Shown here one piece after another: positions 62,323 to 64,000 of a stretch of DNA of 64,000 bases. Within the stretch, counting starts at the first letter, position 1; the number at the start of each line of letters is the position of its first letter. The notes beneath the pieces are model-generated. The model saw only the letters and a list, made by a program, of their open reading frames with translations, had not been told where the DNA came from and did not search any database. The position numbers and the translations under genes were made by a program. Source of the stretch: Spirochaetia bacterium (GTDB lineage Bacteria > Spirochaetota > Spirochaetia > SZUA-6 > Fen-1364); NCBI GenBank assembly GCA_049519415.1, contig JBEKQU010000011.1, positions 7,538-71,537 of the forward strand. The letters are read 5' to 3'.

Positions 62323-63324
62323 CTATTGAGTGATGCCCAGAAGAGATCGTATGTTCGTTCGCGCCTCCGCATAGGCATCCTCGAAGCCTGTCTCTATTTC
62401 CAGGATGAGGTCGTCCCTAAAGTCGGGCAGGCGCGCGAAGACCTCGCGGTAGGGGATGCTCCCCCAGCCGGGAGGCATGTGCATGTCCGCTTCGCCAAAC
62501 GCCCAGCGGTCCCGCTCAATGGCGTAGCCAGCGTCAAGCTTGCCGAAGTTGTCGGTCACATGCAGGTGCCGGACCCACGGCGCGGCCTCGCTTACAGCCT
62601 CCAGGTACGCGAAGCCCCGGTCGTGCGACGCTATGTAAAGGTGCGCCACGTCCAGAGTCATTCCGACATTGGGGTGGTTGATGGCCTGGAGCTGGCGCAC
62701 GATGGGACCGATGCGCAGCCGGGCGAGGTGCTTGTCGATTGCGGAGCGCGGCAGCCCGAAGCTCTGGATGAGGTTGTGCTCCCAGAGATGGGGATCGAGG
62801 TTTTCCATGCAGATGACCACCCCGGCATCCGCCGCGGCACGAGCGAGGTCCCTGAACGCCGCCACCTCCCTCTGCGCGCCCTCTTCAAGCTCCTGGTCCG
62901 TGAGAAGAGTCGCCCGCACGCCGCTTTTCACCTCGTCCAGCGCCTGTAAGCCGCTGTGGTACACCAGACGGGCCGCCCCCATTGCAGCGCACAGCTCGAT
63001 CTGGGCGCGCATGATCTTCTTGCACAGGTCGTGCCGGGGATCATAGGCGAGATTCAGCCGGCCGAAGCCGTGGACGCTGAAACGCAGGCCGGATTGTCCG
63101 GTCACGGCTATGAAATTGGCAAGCTGCCTCTGGCGCACCTCCCCGTCGATGATCAACGCAAAGGAGCTCGGGTCGATTTCAACAAGCGGGTATCCCAGCT
63201 CTCCCAGCTTGGCAAGCTCGATCTCCAACTGGCGCAGAGTGAATGAGCTCCCAGGAGTCTTCAACGTGATGCCGATATCGCGTATATGAATCATGGCCGT
63301 GAGCATATCCGGCCCTTGCGCCAT
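62323..63324 (-). CDS. Sugar phosphate isomerase/epimerase (xylose isomerase-like TIM barrel)
   Basis: Family pattern with LVYHSG, ICMENL and HLHVTDN. The start is uncertain (63324 or 63294). Confidence 0.7.
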   Translation of the reverse strand: MAQGPDMLTAMIHIRDIGITLKTPGSSFTLRQLEIELAKLGELGYPLVEIDPSSFALIIDGEVRQRQLANFIAVTGQSGLRFSVHGFGRLNLAYDPRHDLCKKIMRAQIELCAAMGAARLVYHSGLQALDEVKSGVRATLLTDQELEEGAQREVAAFRDLARAAADAGVVICMENLDPHLWEHNLIQSFGLPRSAIDKHLARLRIGPIVRQLQAINHPNVGMTLDVAHLYIASHDRGFAYLEAVSEAAPWVRHLHVTDNFGKLDAGYAIERDRWAFGEADMHMPPGWGSIPYREVFARLPDFRDDLILEIETGFEDAYAEARTNIRSLLGITQ

Positions 63325-63362
63325 TGCCTACAGCCCGCGGCCGTGACCATGATGCCTATCCT

Positions 63363-64000
63363 TCAGTCGAAGAAGCCCTTGTCCTCTTCTGAAAGGTAGT
63401 GCGAAGCCTTTGCCCGATCAAAGGTGACGCCCAGCCCGGGCCTGTCTCCCACCGCTATGAATCCCTGCTTCACGATCGGGTCGGGAAGCCCGGTGACGAT
63501 GTCGTACCACCACGCCGGCCGGGCAACGGGGTATTCGAAGGCGATATAGTTCTGCGGGAGCGTGGCGCAGACCTGGATCAGGGCCGCCAAGCCGATGACA
63601 CCGTCGAACACGCCGTGCGGCGCTACGAGGATGCCGTACAGATCGGCGAATTCGGCCACCCACTTCAGCTCCGCCAACCCGCCGATATCGCACGGGTCCG
63701 GGCCGATGACGCTCACCGCGTGCGTCTCGATGAGCTGCTTGAAGTTCTGCCTGAGGTAGATTTGTTCGCCGGTATGGATAGGGGTGGAAGTGCCGCGGGT
63801 CACCTCGCGGTAGAGATCGGCAAGGGTGTAGGGGGTGTAGTCGCCGGTGATCAAGTCCTCCAGCCACGCCACGTGCAGGGGCTCCACCGCACGTGCGAAC
63901 CTTATCGCGTCGCTCACCATCCATCCCGGGCCGCAGTCCAGCGCCAGCCCCACCTCGTCGCCGAGAACCCCCTTCATCGCCTCCACGCAGGCGATCACGT
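63363..64000 (-). CDS. Enolase-superfamily enzyme (mandelate racemase/muconate lactonizing family, sugar-acid dehydratase-like), 5' end outside window
   Basis: C-terminal-domain motifs are LALDCGPGW, WLEDLI, IHTGEQIY and IGPDP. The ORF is open to the window edge. Confidence 0.75.
   Translation of the reverse strand, partial: VIACVEAMKGVLGDEVGLALDCGPGWMVSDAIRFARAVEPLHVAWLEDLITGDYTPYTLADLYREVTRGTSTPIHTGEQIYLRQNFKQLIETHAVSVIGPDPCDIGGLAELKWVAEFADLYGILVAPHGVFDGVIGLAALIQVCATLPQNYIAFEYPVARPAWWYDIVTGLPDPIVKQGFIAVGDRPGLGVTFDRAKASHYLSEEDKGFFD

Overview
This is a high-GC bacterial chromosomal segment. The lineage cannot be assigned from this window alone. The backbone is ordinary. It carries housekeeping genes (archaeal-type proS, a Thermotoga-type DAHP synthase, a PurS-fused purL plus purQ, lspA, bcd-etfBA, tRNA-Val and tRNA-Ala). 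It also carries much carbohydrate-uptake and glycoside-hydrolase content: a family-5 SBP ABC transporter coupled to a GH65-like phosphorylase, a 1223-aa multidomain hydrolase, and GH172-like and GH63-like enzymes with Gfo/Idh/MocA oxidoreductases. The main accessory region is a 13.4-kb integrative element (4262-17656) inserted in the 3' part of tRNA-Val(CAC). It is bounded by a perfect 43-bp direct repeat and has tandem TTGCTCACA repeats inside both ends. Its core encodes a tyrosine integrase, an Xis/AlpA-like HTH protein, a RepA/AAA_25-like ATPase and two HTH proteins, one of them small-terminase-like. No capsid, tail or relaxase gene is visible. Its cargo is the most unusual content of the window. 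It comprises two Sec-signal ankyrin-repeat proteins built from a 34-residue repeat variant, one of them fused to a caspase/C14 protease domain. It also holds a serine recombinase and an overlapping three-gene operon (Gp49/HigB-like toxin, XRE HTH protein, unknown protein). Each of the three cargo modules is followed by a copy of an 80-95-nt two-box repeat, which suggests a cassette-like organisation. A second small accessory patch (60.2-62.3 kb) sits after etfA. It is bracketed by a 40-nt repeat of the etfA FAD-motif coding sequence and carries an unknown ORF, a mazEF-like pair and a truncated DUF4143 gene. HicBA and VapBC pairs are also present. Several genes have TTGACA-17-TAnnnT promoters placed so close to the start codon that the mRNAs may be leaderless. 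No CRISPR array, rRNA or transposase was seen. All functional calls come from reading the translations by eye; no database search was run.
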